NCBI GenBank assembly: GCA_051382305.1
Contig: JBBCAV010000331.1
Span: forward strand, 1-27,961
DNA length: 27,961 nt
Source: Bdellovibrionota bacterium FG-2
GTDB taxonomy: Bacteria > Bdellovibrionota > UBA1018
Direction of reading: 5' to 3'
The position numbers and the translations under genes are program-made. Numbering within the stretch: position 1 is the first letter of the stretch; each line of letters opens with the position of its first letter. Below are positions 1 through 7,722 of the stretch, piece by piece. Below the pieces are notes generated by a model. That model had not been told where the DNA came from, searched no databases, and worked only from the letters and a program-made list of their open reading frames with translations.

Positions 1-234
1 TTTTCTTACATTACCAAGAATTGGCGTGGCAGACCCCTAGCGAGTTTGACCACCATCATAAACCTCATCGCCTCCACCCGGACAAAGAGCGGCTTGCGGG
101 TCAGGTGCGAGTTGGATAAGGGCAAGTCTCCCAAGGGTGTCAAAATCTCCGATGCGCAATTCGCCACGATCAACCTGCGCCGTCACAAATTTCATGGTGA
201 TTGGAATTATACGATCCGACCGACAAGAAACTAA
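1..234 (+). CDS. ISAzo13-family (Rhodopirellula-type DDE) transposase, C-terminal part, truncated by window start
   Basis: Frame 1 is open from base 1: FSYITKNWRGRPLASLTTIINLIASTRTKSGLRVRCELD...KGVKISD...HKFHGDWNYTIRP. The NWRGRPL, TxTxxGL and FHGDWNYTI motifs are characteristic of ISAzo13 transposase C-termini. Confidence 0.9.
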   Translation, partial: FSYITKNWRGRPLASLTTIINLIASTRTKSGLRVRCELDKGKSPKGVKISDAQFATINLRRHKFHGDWNYTIRPTRN

Positions 235-262
235 AATCACTCAGTTATTTTGTTACAGTTCC
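1..262 (+). mobile_element. Right end of ISAzo13-family insertion sequence; terminal IR ~243-262 followed by probable TAA target site (263-265)
   Basis: After the transposase stop comes AGTTATTTTGTTACAGTTCC|TAA. Its reverse complement begins GGAACTG, matching the GGA/G termini and short AT-rich target duplication known for this family. The left IR is outside the window. Confidence 0.7.
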
Positions 263-263
263 T

Positions 264-473
264 AAGACAAAAACTGCTCATGCATCAAGTGATCTCTTTG
301 TCTTGATGAAAAACAACCAGACAAATAAGTGCGGAGTTGTTCACTTTCGGCAAGAAACGAGTGCCACGGGACAAGGTTTTATGTCCTCCGTTGAAAGTAT
401 GGCGAAGGAATCAATACAACCCTACAACCGCGCCCTACAAACGGCTCTGAACAAGACAGAATTTTGTCAGTAA
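264..473 (+). pseudogene. Probable 3' remnant of a host gene interrupted by the IS
   Basis: 69 open codons (KTKTAHASS...ALNKTEFCQ*) begin right at the IS junction. No convincing start or RBS is present, and a large hairpin follows. Confidence 0.45.
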
Positions 474-502
474 ACCCAGAAAAACACGCACCTTCGCCGC
501 AC

Positions 503-561
503 TAGTTAATTTTCGGGTTTGTTAGGAAATCAAAATTCCGAACAAACCCGAAAATTAACTA
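503..561. repeat. Long inverted repeat with perfect 21-bp arms; probable bidirectional terminator or REP/MITE-like element
   Basis: TAGTTAATTTTCGGGTTTGTT (503-523) is the exact reverse complement of AACAAACCCGAAAATTAACTA (541-561), with inner GGAA/TTCC pairing. It lies between convergent 3' ends at 473 and 601. Confidence 0.85.
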
Positions 562-600
562 ACGAAATTCGGTCTCGCCTTAGAACCCCGCGCGCGGACT

Positions 601-1257
601 CTAAAACTTCATTTCCAGCACATCCGCCGGCACAATAAGCTGCGCAGCTGTGGCCTTGCGAATTTCATCGTTTGAAACTCCCGGCGCGCGCTCACGCAGC
701 ACGAGCCCATCCGAAGTCACTTCAATGACGGCCAACTCGCTGACGATCTTCTTCACCACACCCACGCCCGTCAAAGGCAACGAGCAGGCAGGCAATACTT
801 TGCTGGACCCATCCTTAGCGACGTGCTGCATGGCCACGATGACGTTCTTGGCTCCCGCGACGAGATCCATCGCGCCGCCCATTCCCTTAACAACTTTGCC
901 AGGGATCATCCAATTGGCGATGCTTCCCTTTTCGTCGACTTCCATCGCGCCCAAAACAGTGAGATCTACGTGACCGCCTCGAATCATGGCAAACGAATCG
1001 GCGCTCGAAAAATAGGAAGCCCCCGCCGTCGTGGTCACCGTTTCTTTACCTGCGTTAATGAGGTCGGCATCGATTTCGTCTTCCGAAGGATACGGCCCAA
1101 TCCCCAGAAGTCCGTTCTCACTTTGTAAAATCACGGTCATCCCCTTGGGAATATAATTCGCAACTAACGTCGGAATCCCAATCCCCAGGTTTACGTAGTA
1201 GCCATCTTTAAGTTCTTGCGCGATTCGCATCGCTATTTGTTCACGAGTAAGTGCCAT
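601..1257 (-). CDS. scoB: 3-oxoacid (succinyl/acetoacetyl) CoA-transferase subunit B
   Basis: VNLGIGIPT and SENG (catalytic Glu) motifs, plus [17 protein letters not shown] upstream. Confidence 0.95.
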   Translation of the reverse strand: MALTREQIAMRIAQELKDGYYVNLGIGIPTLVANYIPKGMTVILQSENGLLGIGPYPSEDEIDADLINAGKETVTTTAGASYFSSADSFAMIRGGHVDLTVLGAMEVDEKGSIANWMIPGKVVKGMGGAMDLVAGAKNVIVAMQHVAKDGSSKVLPACSLPLTGVGVVKKIVSELAVIEVTSDGLVLRERAPGVSNDEIRKATAAQLIVPADVLEMKF

Positions 1258-1272
1258 GATAATCTCCTGAAT

Positions 1273-1968
1273 TTAAGCTTTGCGAGTGACGCGTTTTTCA
1301 ATGCGCTTTTGATAGCCTGAACCTTGGAAAATACGCTTCACGTAAATTCCAGGGACATGCACCAAATCTGGGTCCAGCTCGCCTGCGGGCACCAAGTGTT
1401 CGACTTCCGCAATGGTCACCCGACCTGCGACCGCCACCAGGGGATTAAAGTTCCGTGCCGTTTTTCGAAAAACCAAATTCCCCATCGTGTCGCCCTTCCA
1501 GGCTTTGACAATTGAGAAATCCGCTTTGAGCGCCTTTTCCATGATGTATTTTCTGCCATCAAACTCGCGACATTCTTTACCCTCGGCAATCAGCGTCCCC
1601 ACCCCCGTGGGGGTAAAAAAAGCCGGAATCCCTGCGCCGCCAGCACGCAAGCGCTCGGCAAGCGTACCTTGAGGATTAAGCTCAACCTCTAACTTACCCG
1701 ACAAAACGAGCGTTTCAAAAAGTTTGTTCTCCCCCACATAGCTTGAAATCATCTTTTTGACTTGGCCGGCTTGCAGCATGAGCCCAATCCCAAAATCATC
1801 CACGCCCGCGTTGTTGGAGATACAGGTCAGATTCTTTATCCCCATTGAAACCAAAGCGCTGATACAATTTTCAGGAATTCCGCATAACCCGAATCCACCC
1901 AGCGCCAAGAGCGCGCCATCGGGAATATCCCTCACCGCTTCGGCAGCGTTTTTGACGAGTTTATTCAT
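1273..1968 (-). CDS. scoA: 3-oxoacid CoA-transferase subunit A
   Basis: GGFGLCGIPE, SNNAG and PQGTLAERLRAGGAGIPAF motifs. Start reassigned to ATG 1968 (MNKLVKN), which overlaps the thiolase stop as ATGA. Confidence 0.95.
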   Translation of the reverse strand: MNKLVKNAAEAVRDIPDGALLALGGFGLCGIPENCISALVSMGIKNLTCISNNAGVDDFGIGLMLQAGQVKKMISSYVGENKLFETLVLSGKLEVELNPQGTLAERLRAGGAGIPAFFTPTGVGTLIAEGKECREFDGRKYIMEKALKADFSIVKAWKGDTMGNLVFRKTARNFNPLVAVAGRVTIAEVEHLVPAGELDPDLVHVPGIYVKRIFQGSGYQKRIEKRVTRKA

Positions 1969-3155
1969 AGGCGTTCCAAACAGATTGCCGTGGCTTCGCC
2001 GCCACCAATGCAAATTCCGGCCATCCCTTTCTTAACGTTGCGATCCTTCATAGCCGACAAAAGAGTAATCAAAATACGCGCGCCGCTCGCACCAAGCGGA
2101 TGGCCCAACGAAATCGCCCCACCCCAAACGTTCAATTTGTCGCGAGGCAACTCAAGCTCACGCTGCGCCGCCAACGCGACCACTGCAAACGCTTCGTTCA
2201 CTTCAAATAGGTCTACGTCTTTCATGTTCCAGCCGGCCTTCGAAACCGCGCTCTTCATGGCTGCCGCAGGAGCCGTCGTAAACCACACGGGATCTTGAGC
2301 ATGCCATCCAGTACTCACAACTCGTGCCAAAGGCTTAAGCCCCAAGGCGCGAGCCTTATCACCAGACATCAATACAAGGGCCGCGGCCCCATCGTTGATA
2401 GTTGAAGCATTAGCAGCCGTCACGGTGCCGGTTTTATCAAAAGCTGGTTTCAATCCTGGGATCTTATCCAACTGCCCCTTCATCGGGCCTTCATCGTTCT
2501 CAACGCGCACGACATCGCCTTTTTTGCCCGCAATCTCGACCGCGGCGATTTCGTCTTTAAATTTCCCTGATTTTTGCGCTTCTTGGGAGCGCTTGAAGCT
2601 CTCAATGGCGTAATCGTCTTGATCCTTACGCGTGAAGTTCTTTTCACGCGCGCAAAGCTCAGCACAGTTGCCCATGTGCTGATTATTGTAGGGGTCCCAA
2701 AGGCCGTCATTGATCATCGAATCCACCATGTTCTGATGGCCCATGCGGAATCCGCTTCGTGCGCCTTGCAAAAGATAAGGAGCGTTACTCATGCTTTCCA
2801 TGCCGCCGGCCACGACAACATCACTGTCACCGCAAAGGATCGATTGAGTGGCGAGCATCACAGCCTTCATGCCACTGCCGCAAACTTTGTTGATCGTCAG
2901 CGCGGGAGTAGATTTCGAAATCCCCGCATAAATGGCAGCCTGCCGAGCTGGAGCCTGTCCCACGCCCGAGGTCAAAACATTGCCCATGATCACTTCAGAA
3001 ACCTGCTCCACGCCCACACCCGCGCGCTTCAGTGCAGCTTCAATGGCCACGGCGCCAAGTTTCGGGGCGCTCAAGGCGGCCAGAGCGCCTTGAAAACTTC
3101 CGATAGGAGTACGAGCATAACCTACGATCACGACTTCTTTATTTTGTTGCGACAT
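1965..3155 (-). CDS. atoB: Acetyl-CoA C-acetyltransferase (thiolase)
   Basis: NKVCGSG (catalytic Cys), [12 protein letters not shown] and CIGGG motifs. Confidence 0.95.
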   Translation of the reverse strand: MSQQNKEVVIVGYARTPIGSFQGALAALSAPKLGAVAIEAALKRAGVGVEQVSEVIMGNVLTSGVGQAPARQAAIYAGISKSTPALTINKVCGSGMKAVMLATQSILCGDSDVVVAGGMESMSNAPYLLQGARSGFRMGHQNMVDSMINDGLWDPYNNQHMGNCAELCAREKNFTRKDQDDYAIESFKRSQEAQKSGKFKDEIAAVEIAGKKGDVVRVENDEGPMKGQLDKIPGLKPAFDKTGTVTAANASTINDGAAALVLMSGDKARALGLKPLARVVSTGWHAQDPVWFTTAPAAAMKSAVSKAGWNMKDVDLFEVNEAFAVVALAAQRELELPRDKLNVWGGAISLGHPLGASGARILITLLSAMKDRNVKKGMAGICIGGGEATAICLERL

Positions 3156-3218
3156 GGTCTATTACCTTCCGAATTTTAGTTCCAGCTTTTGGGTTAGAAA
3201 ACTTTAATGAGCAGGATC

Positions 3219-3247
3219 TTGAAACAATTCCCGCAACAGATTACATA
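3219..3247 (+). promoter_or_regulatory. Putative sigma70 promoter of the HtrA gene (possibly leaderless)
   Basis: TTGAAA (3219-3224), 17 bp, TACATA (3242-3247). ATG at 3255 follows with no SD. Confidence 0.4.
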
Positions 3248-3254
3248 ACTCCCT

Positions 3255-4364
3255 ATGTTGACCTTCGCTACAAGAAACAGCAAAATGTGCACGCTAATCT
3301 CCCTGTCAGTCGCTCTGGGTTTTGCCGGGGCGCTTCAAAAAGCCAGGGCGGCACCCCCTCCTTCAGCCCAGTTGCCAGATCTTGTCGAAAAAATACTACC
3401 CGGCGTAGTAAACGTCAGCTCTACCTCCGTTTCAAACGTTCGGGCCTTCGGGATGGATGACTTCATGCGGTATTGGGGCATACCTCAAGAACGCAAGCAA
3501 ACTTCCCTGGGGACCGGCTTTATTATCGATAAAGACGGCTATATATTAACAAACAATCACGTCGTCGCCCACGCAACCGAAGTGCTAGTGACCTTACTTG
3601 ATAAACGCCAGTTTCGCGCCAAAATCATTGGTAAAGACGAAAAGATGGATGTCGCACTTTTGCAGATTCGTAACAAATTAAAGCAAGTGCCCGGGGATCT
3701 AAGCCCCGTGCCACTTGGGGATTCAGAAGCCGTGCGAATCGCGGAATCCGTTTTTGCCGTCGGCAACCCCTTTGGACTGCAGCACACAGTGACGCTCGGA
3801 ATTATCAGCGCGAAGAATCGAACCATTGGACAAGGCCCATTTGATAATTTCCTTCAAACCGATGCTTCAATTAACCCCGGAAACAGCGGTGGCCCCTTAT
3901 TCAACATCAGAGGCGAAGTCATCGGAATCAATACGGTCATCTTCTCCAAAACAGGTCAAAGCGGCGGATTGGGATTCGCAATCCCGATGAATGAAGCCAA
4001 AGGTTTGATCCCCGATCTTAAGCGCTATGGACGAGTACCCAGGCCTTGGATTGGAGTGCTTGCCGAGCGCATGAATCCCCAACTTCAGCAGTATTACAAT
4101 TTGCCCACGGACACGGGAGTGCTCCTCTACAGTTTAGTCGAGGGGGGCCCCGCGGATCAAGCCGGTATCCAGCAGGGCGATATTGTAACAGCCGTGGACG
4201 GTGCGCCGATCAAAGAGCCTAACGAAGTAGAACGCGCCTTGGTTAAACGTAAACCCACTGAAACTGCGGTTCTAAAAATCCGGCGCGGAAGAAAAACATT
4301 AGAACTCAAGATTAAACTTGAAGAACTTCCGAAACTGGAGAATCTCCCTCCAGGCATACTCTAG
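3255..4364 (+). CDS. HtrA/DegP-DegQ family periplasmic serine protease with a single PDZ domain
   Basis: N-terminal signal peptide, catalytic triad TNNHVV / D in KMDVALL / GNSGG, TDASINPG motif, and a C-terminal PDZ domain (GPADQAGIQQGDIV). Confidence 0.93.
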   Translation: MLTFATRNSKMCTLISLSVALGFAGALQKARAAPPPSAQLPDLVEKILPGVVNVSSTSVSNVRAFGMDDFMRYWGIPQERKQTSLGTGFIIDKDGYILTNNHVVAHATEVLVTLLDKRQFRAKIIGKDEKMDVALLQIRNKLKQVPGDLSPVPLGDSEAVRIAESVFAVGNPFGLQHTVTLGIISAKNRTIGQGPFDNFLQTDASINPGNSGGPLFNIRGEVIGINTVIFSKTGQSGGLGFAIPMNEAKGLIPDLKRYGRVPRPWIGVLAERMNPQLQQYYNLPTDTGVLLYSLVEGGPADQAGIQQGDIVTAVDGAPIKEPNEVERALVKRKPTETAVLKIRRGRKTLELKIKLEELPKLENLPPGIL

Positions 4365-4392
4365 CTCCCCCTTTAACTGAAAGGCCACGCCC

Positions 4393-4986
4393 ATGGAAAG
4401 ACGACACGCAACGTTTTCTAAATCAAGCCCACTTCCCACGGACTTTCGCAAGATGGTCGCTGAGGTCTTTACTACCAACTTCGACGCAGGACTGAAGCTG
4501 CTGCAGAAGCTCAAAGCCGGCAAACGCCACTTTGAAGTGAGGGGCGACATTTTTGCAGATGAAGTGATTCTCTGCATTTCGTTAGGAACCTCAGGCCATC
4601 TCTCCGCAACCAGCGTCTACGCAAGCTGCGATTTTGACCCTAAAGCCAGCGCGCCAAAAATCGAAGACGTCTTGGGCGCCTGCGTGGACGCCATCGGTTC
4701 CGTGTATCTGGAACTCCTAGACCCCGCAAAACCAAAACGCGTCGAGCAGGTTGCTGAAGATTCTTTGGCGGCGCTCGAAGGTATTCCGTATGAGTGGACT
4801 TCAATGAAAGTAGATCGTCATAAGATTTTTGTCCGCGTCGATAAGGCCAATCCCGCGCTGGATGAGATGACGGATTTGTGGCTTAAGAAGAACGACCCCG
4901 CTTTTCGCTCAAAAGAACAAGAGGAGCACGAAGAGACCGAAAACTTGTTTGTAACGGGCCCCAAGGTCAAAAAGCCCCTTCATTGA
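4393..4986 (+). CDS. Conserved hypothetical cytoplasmic protein (197 aa)
   Basis: Long ORF with natural composition, GAAAGG upstream, co-directional 28 bp after htrA. No recognised domain. Confidence 0.75.
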   Translation: MERRHATFSKSSPLPTDFRKMVAEVFTTNFDAGLKLLQKLKAGKRHFEVRGDIFADEVILCISLGTSGHLSATSVYASCDFDPKASAPKIEDVLGACVDAIGSVYLELLDPAKPKRVEQVAEDSLAALEGIPYEWTSMKVDRHKIFVRVDKANPALDEMTDLWLKKNDPAFRSKEQEEHEETENLFVTGPKVKKPLH

Positions 4987-4996
4987 GCCAAAAACG

Positions 4997-5053
4997 AAAA
5001 CCACTGCAAATCGATAAATCGTTATTTACAGTGGTTTTTGAAAATGGTATCAC
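4997..5053 (+). promoter_or_regulatory. Imperfect palindrome (4997-5038) overlapping a putative sigma70 promoter; terminator and/or operator
   Basis: AAAACCACTG...CAGTGGTTTT 10-bp perfect outer arms with inner AAAT/ATTT and CGAT/ATCG pairing. TTTACA (5025-5030), 17 bp, TATCAC (5048-5053) with an extended TG. Confidence 0.6.
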
Positions 5054-5056
5054 CAC

Positions 5057-6538
5057 TTGGGAGTGGAACCTCGAAAAACTGATAGAAAGCTCAAGAATTC
5101 TTACAAACCGTTCTTTGGCAGAGCAAAAGAACTCGCCTCACTAACCTCTCTCAAAAAGAAAAAAAACGCGAGTCTGGTTTGTGTGCTTGGTAGGCGCCGG
5201 ATCGGCAAAAGTACCCTCATTGAAGAATTCGCGAGGCAATTCCCATCCTTCATAGCCATCCAGGGACTCGCCCCGGAAATCCACTCTTCCAATCAAGACC
5301 AGCTTGATCATTTCGCTACAAGGATGAGCATTATATTTGATACCCGCAAGGAGCATTTTGAGGACTGGTCCGAAGCCTTTCATGCCTTAGCGGCTAAAGC
5401 CAAGAGGGGCGAGCATCTAATCCTGCTGGATGAAATCTCCTGGATGGGCAAAAAGGACCCCCTCTTCGCCGCCAAATTAAAGGACGCATGGGATCTTGAG
5501 TTTAGGAAGAACCCAAAGCTCATTTTGGTCGTATGCGGCTCTGTGTCGAAGTGGATCGACGAAAACATCCTCAAAAATATGAATTTTGAGGGGCGAATAT
5601 CCCTTGAAATCAATCTCGGAGAATTGTCCCTCAGGGAGATTAACCAGTTTTGGACCACCAAAAACTATCACATGGGCTCCATGGAAAAAATGACCGTGCT
5701 ATCCGTTACCGGGGGCGTACCAAAATACCTAGAGGAAGTCTTATCTGGAAAGACGGCGGAGCAAAATCTCATTTCCATGTGTTTCACCCCCTCAGGAATT
5801 CTATTCAATGAATACGAAAAGATATTTTCAGACATTTTTGAGCGCAAAAAGAAGGGACTGGCTAGAATCGTAAGGACCGCGCTAAACCAGAAACTCACCC
5901 CCCAACAGCTCGCAGCAAAACTTGGCGTATCTCAAAGCGGAGATTTAACAGAAAATCTACATATCTTGGACATCTCCGGTTTCATAAGCCGGGACTACTA
6001 CTTCAAACCAGACGGACAAATGTCAAAACTTGGACATATACGAGTCAAAGACAACTATTTACAATTTTATCTCAATCAAATTGCGCCGAGCAAAGACCGC
6101 ATTCTACACGGCGGGAAAACGATTCGCTCACTTTCGGATCTGAAAACATTTGAGTCGATCTTGGGCTACCAATTTGAGAACTTAATTTTAGGCAATAGAA
6201 CTCTGATTTATCCCCACCTGGACCTCAATGAGGGGGCGATCGTCTCGTCCGCACCGTATGTGCAGAGAAAAACCGCACAGAACAAAGGCGGCTGCCAAAT
6301 CGATCTTTTGATCCACACCAATCTTGACGTATTTTTCATGTGCGAATTCAAATGCAAGCGTGTCATCGACAAGTCGATCATCCGAGAAGTTCAGAAAAAA
6401 TGTGAAATTCTAAAACTGCCCTCTCGCTCATCTCTCAAGCCCGTTCTTGTCTATGAAGGCGAGCTCTATCCACCGCACCGCGAGGCCATAGAAGCGTATT
6501 TTTATAAGCTGATTCGATTTGAGGATTTATTGATCTAA
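5057..6538 (+). CDS. AAA+/'archaeal-type' ATPase with winged HTH and C-terminal PD-(D/E)XK nuclease-like (DUF234-like) domain
   Basis: FFGRAKEL, Walker A GRRRIGKS, Walker B LILLDE, TGGVPKYL, HTH-like LTPQQLAAKLGVS, and C-terminal QIDLLI...CEFK. Start is TTG 5057 or GTG 5063. Confidence 0.88.
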   Translation: MGVEPRKTDRKLKNSYKPFFGRAKELASLTSLKKKKNASLVCVLGRRRIGKSTLIEEFARQFPSFIAIQGLAPEIHSSNQDQLDHFATRMSIIFDTRKEHFEDWSEAFHALAAKAKRGEHLILLDEISWMGKKDPLFAAKLKDAWDLEFRKNPKLILVVCGSVSKWIDENILKNMNFEGRISLEINLGELSLREINQFWTTKNYHMGSMEKMTVLSVTGGVPKYLEEVLSGKTAEQNLISMCFTPSGILFNEYEKIFSDIFERKKKGLARIVRTALNQKLTPQQLAAKLGVSQSGDLTENLHILDISGFISRDYYFKPDGQMSKLGHIRVKDNYLQFYLNQIAPSKDRILHGGKTIRSLSDLKTFESILGYQFENLILGNRTLIYPHLDLNEGAIVSSAPYVQRKTAQNKGGCQIDLLIHTNLDVFFMCEFKCKRVIDKSIIREVQKKCEILKLPSRSSLKPVLVYEGELYPPHREAIEAYFYKLIRFEDLLI

Positions 6539-6541
6539 ATC

Positions 6542-6585
6542 CTAACCAACACCTGACACGCAGTCCGTAATTTGACTGGTATTGT
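6542..6585 (+). promoter_or_regulatory. Pho-box-like direct repeat plus -10 upstream of the PAP2 gene
   Basis: CTAACCA-ACAC-CTGACAC (6542-6559), 20 nt, TATTGT (6580-6585) with an extended TG. A near-identical motif with the same spacing lies upstream of pstS. Confidence 0.55.
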
Positions 6586-6595
6586 ATGACTCAAG

Positions 6596-7111
6596 ATGAG
6601 CACAATTTCCAGAACCCTTGAAAGCATCTTCTATATCGATCAAATCAGCCTCAGGTGGATTGCCAACCGAAGGCATCCCATCACCGACCGCTTGATGCGA
6701 GGACTTACTCATGCTGGAGATTGGCAGCGCTGGACGACCCTCATTCTTGCATCCTTCCTAGCAGGTGAACCCTTTCGCCATATCGCGAATCTAATTACAC
6801 CCAAACTTCTGCTCACCTTGGCCCTCTGCTATGCGATCAAGACAATCTCAAAACGTCCGAGACCTGTGGAATCAATGCACGGGTTTTCTTCGCTACTTAA
6901 GGATCCCGACCCCTATTCTTTTCCCTCCTCGCACTCAGCCTGTGCGTGGGCCGTATGCATGAGCCTTGCCCTCATGTTTGGAGGAGGATGGAGTCTCTTG
7001 TGCCTCTATGCAGCGGCTATCAGTTATTCGCGCGTTCATGTTGGCGCGCACTATCCGCTTGATGTGCTGATCGGGAGCGCATTGGGAATATTAATTGCAT
7101 CGATCTTTTAG
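6596..7111 (+). CDS. PAP2-family membrane phosphatase (undecaprenyl-PP/lipid phosphatase-like)
   Basis: C1 KTISKRPRP, C2 SFPSSH, C3 SRVHVGAHYPLD, with several hydrophobic helices. Confidence 0.92.
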   Translation: MSTISRTLESIFYIDQISLRWIANRRHPITDRLMRGLTHAGDWQRWTTLILASFLAGEPFRHIANLITPKLLLTLALCYAIKTISKRPRPVESMHGFSSLLKDPDPYSFPSSHSACAWAVCMSLALMFGGGWSLLCLYAAAISYSRVHVGAHYPLDVLIGSALGILIASIF

Positions 7112-7226
7112 GTCGCATCTCACGTCAAAAACCAATCTACTCAATATTCATTCACGACCTATTCACATAAAAAAGCTGCTCGCTTTGGACAATTTTGAAA
7201 TCTAGGATTAATTCCTACAATAAATA

Positions 7227-7254
7227 TTGCCCCCCCCCCCCCGGGGGTTACGAT
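7227..7254 (+). promoter_or_regulatory. Putative sigma70 promoter with a poly-C tract (C13, 7230-7242) in the spacer
   Basis: TTGCCC (7227-7232), 16 bp, TACGAT (7249-7254). An alternative TAAAAT lies at 7254-7259. Confidence 0.55.
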
Positions 7255-7270
7255 AAAATCTGACCACGTA

Positions 7271-7280
7271 TTGTATACAA
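7271..7280. promoter_or_regulatory. Perfect palindrome TTGTATACAA, GntR/FadR-type operator-like
   Basis: 10-bp perfect palindrome between the putative -10 and the RBS. It resembles the TTGT-N2-ACAA sites of GntR-family repressors. Confidence 0.5.
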
Positions 7281-7317
7281 CAACAACTCTCATAAGAACT
7301 CTCAAGGAGGAGCTACA

Positions 7318-7689
7318 ATGTTCAAAAAGTGCATTCTATTAGTCGGATCAATTGCGTTTATTTTTCAAGTCCAAGTTTATGCCGGTGAATGTATTCTCTC
7401 GAGCACCCGCGATGCTTGCCCCGGAAAAGACAAAGAATCTTTTGCCAAGTGTGCGGGCAAATCATCCTGCGACGAAGCCAAAAAAACCAGTAGCGCTGAA
7501 GCTTGCGCAAAAGAAGCTGTAAAGGCTTGCCAAAATAAACGAATTGACGTCACCAAAAACAAAACGATCACCGCCAAATTCGGTGGCGCAGCGGTCGAAG
7601 GCGGCAAAGACTTCTGCAAAGATAAAGTCGAAGGCCTCTTTGATCCTGAAAAGGACTTCCCACATCGCGGCAAAGCTGACTGCAAGTAA
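7318..7689 (+). CDS. Small secreted cysteine-rich protein (signal peptide, 8 Cys in mature part)
   Basis: Strong RBS AAGGAGGAG, Sec signal ending VYA|GEC, and 8 Cys in the ~100-aa mature chain. Confidence 0.85.
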   Translation: MFKKCILLVGSIAFIFQVQVYAGECILSSTRDACPGKDKESFAKCAGKSSCDEAKKTSSAEACAKEAVKACQNKRIDVTKNKTITAKFGGAAVEGGKDFCKDKVEGLFDPEKDFPHRGKADCK

Positions 7690-7722
7690 CAGACTCAAAA
7701 ACTAGATAAAGGTGGAGACGAT

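Noticed and set aside
201-473. 90-aa ORF as an intact gene
   Set aside because: Its first ~21 codons lie inside the transposase end and IS terminal repeat. It is better explained as a chimera with a host gene remnant.
503-561. Integron attC site or CRISPR repeat
   Set aside because: The GTTA...TAAC order is the reverse of attC (RYYYAAC...GTTRRRY), the arms are perfect with no extrahelical bases, there is a single copy, and no integrase or cas gene is present.
2574-3179. 201-aa antisense ORF and the many other 60-175 aa ORFs overlapping core genes
   Set aside because: They are shadow frames of well-conserved genes, with no motifs or RBS support.
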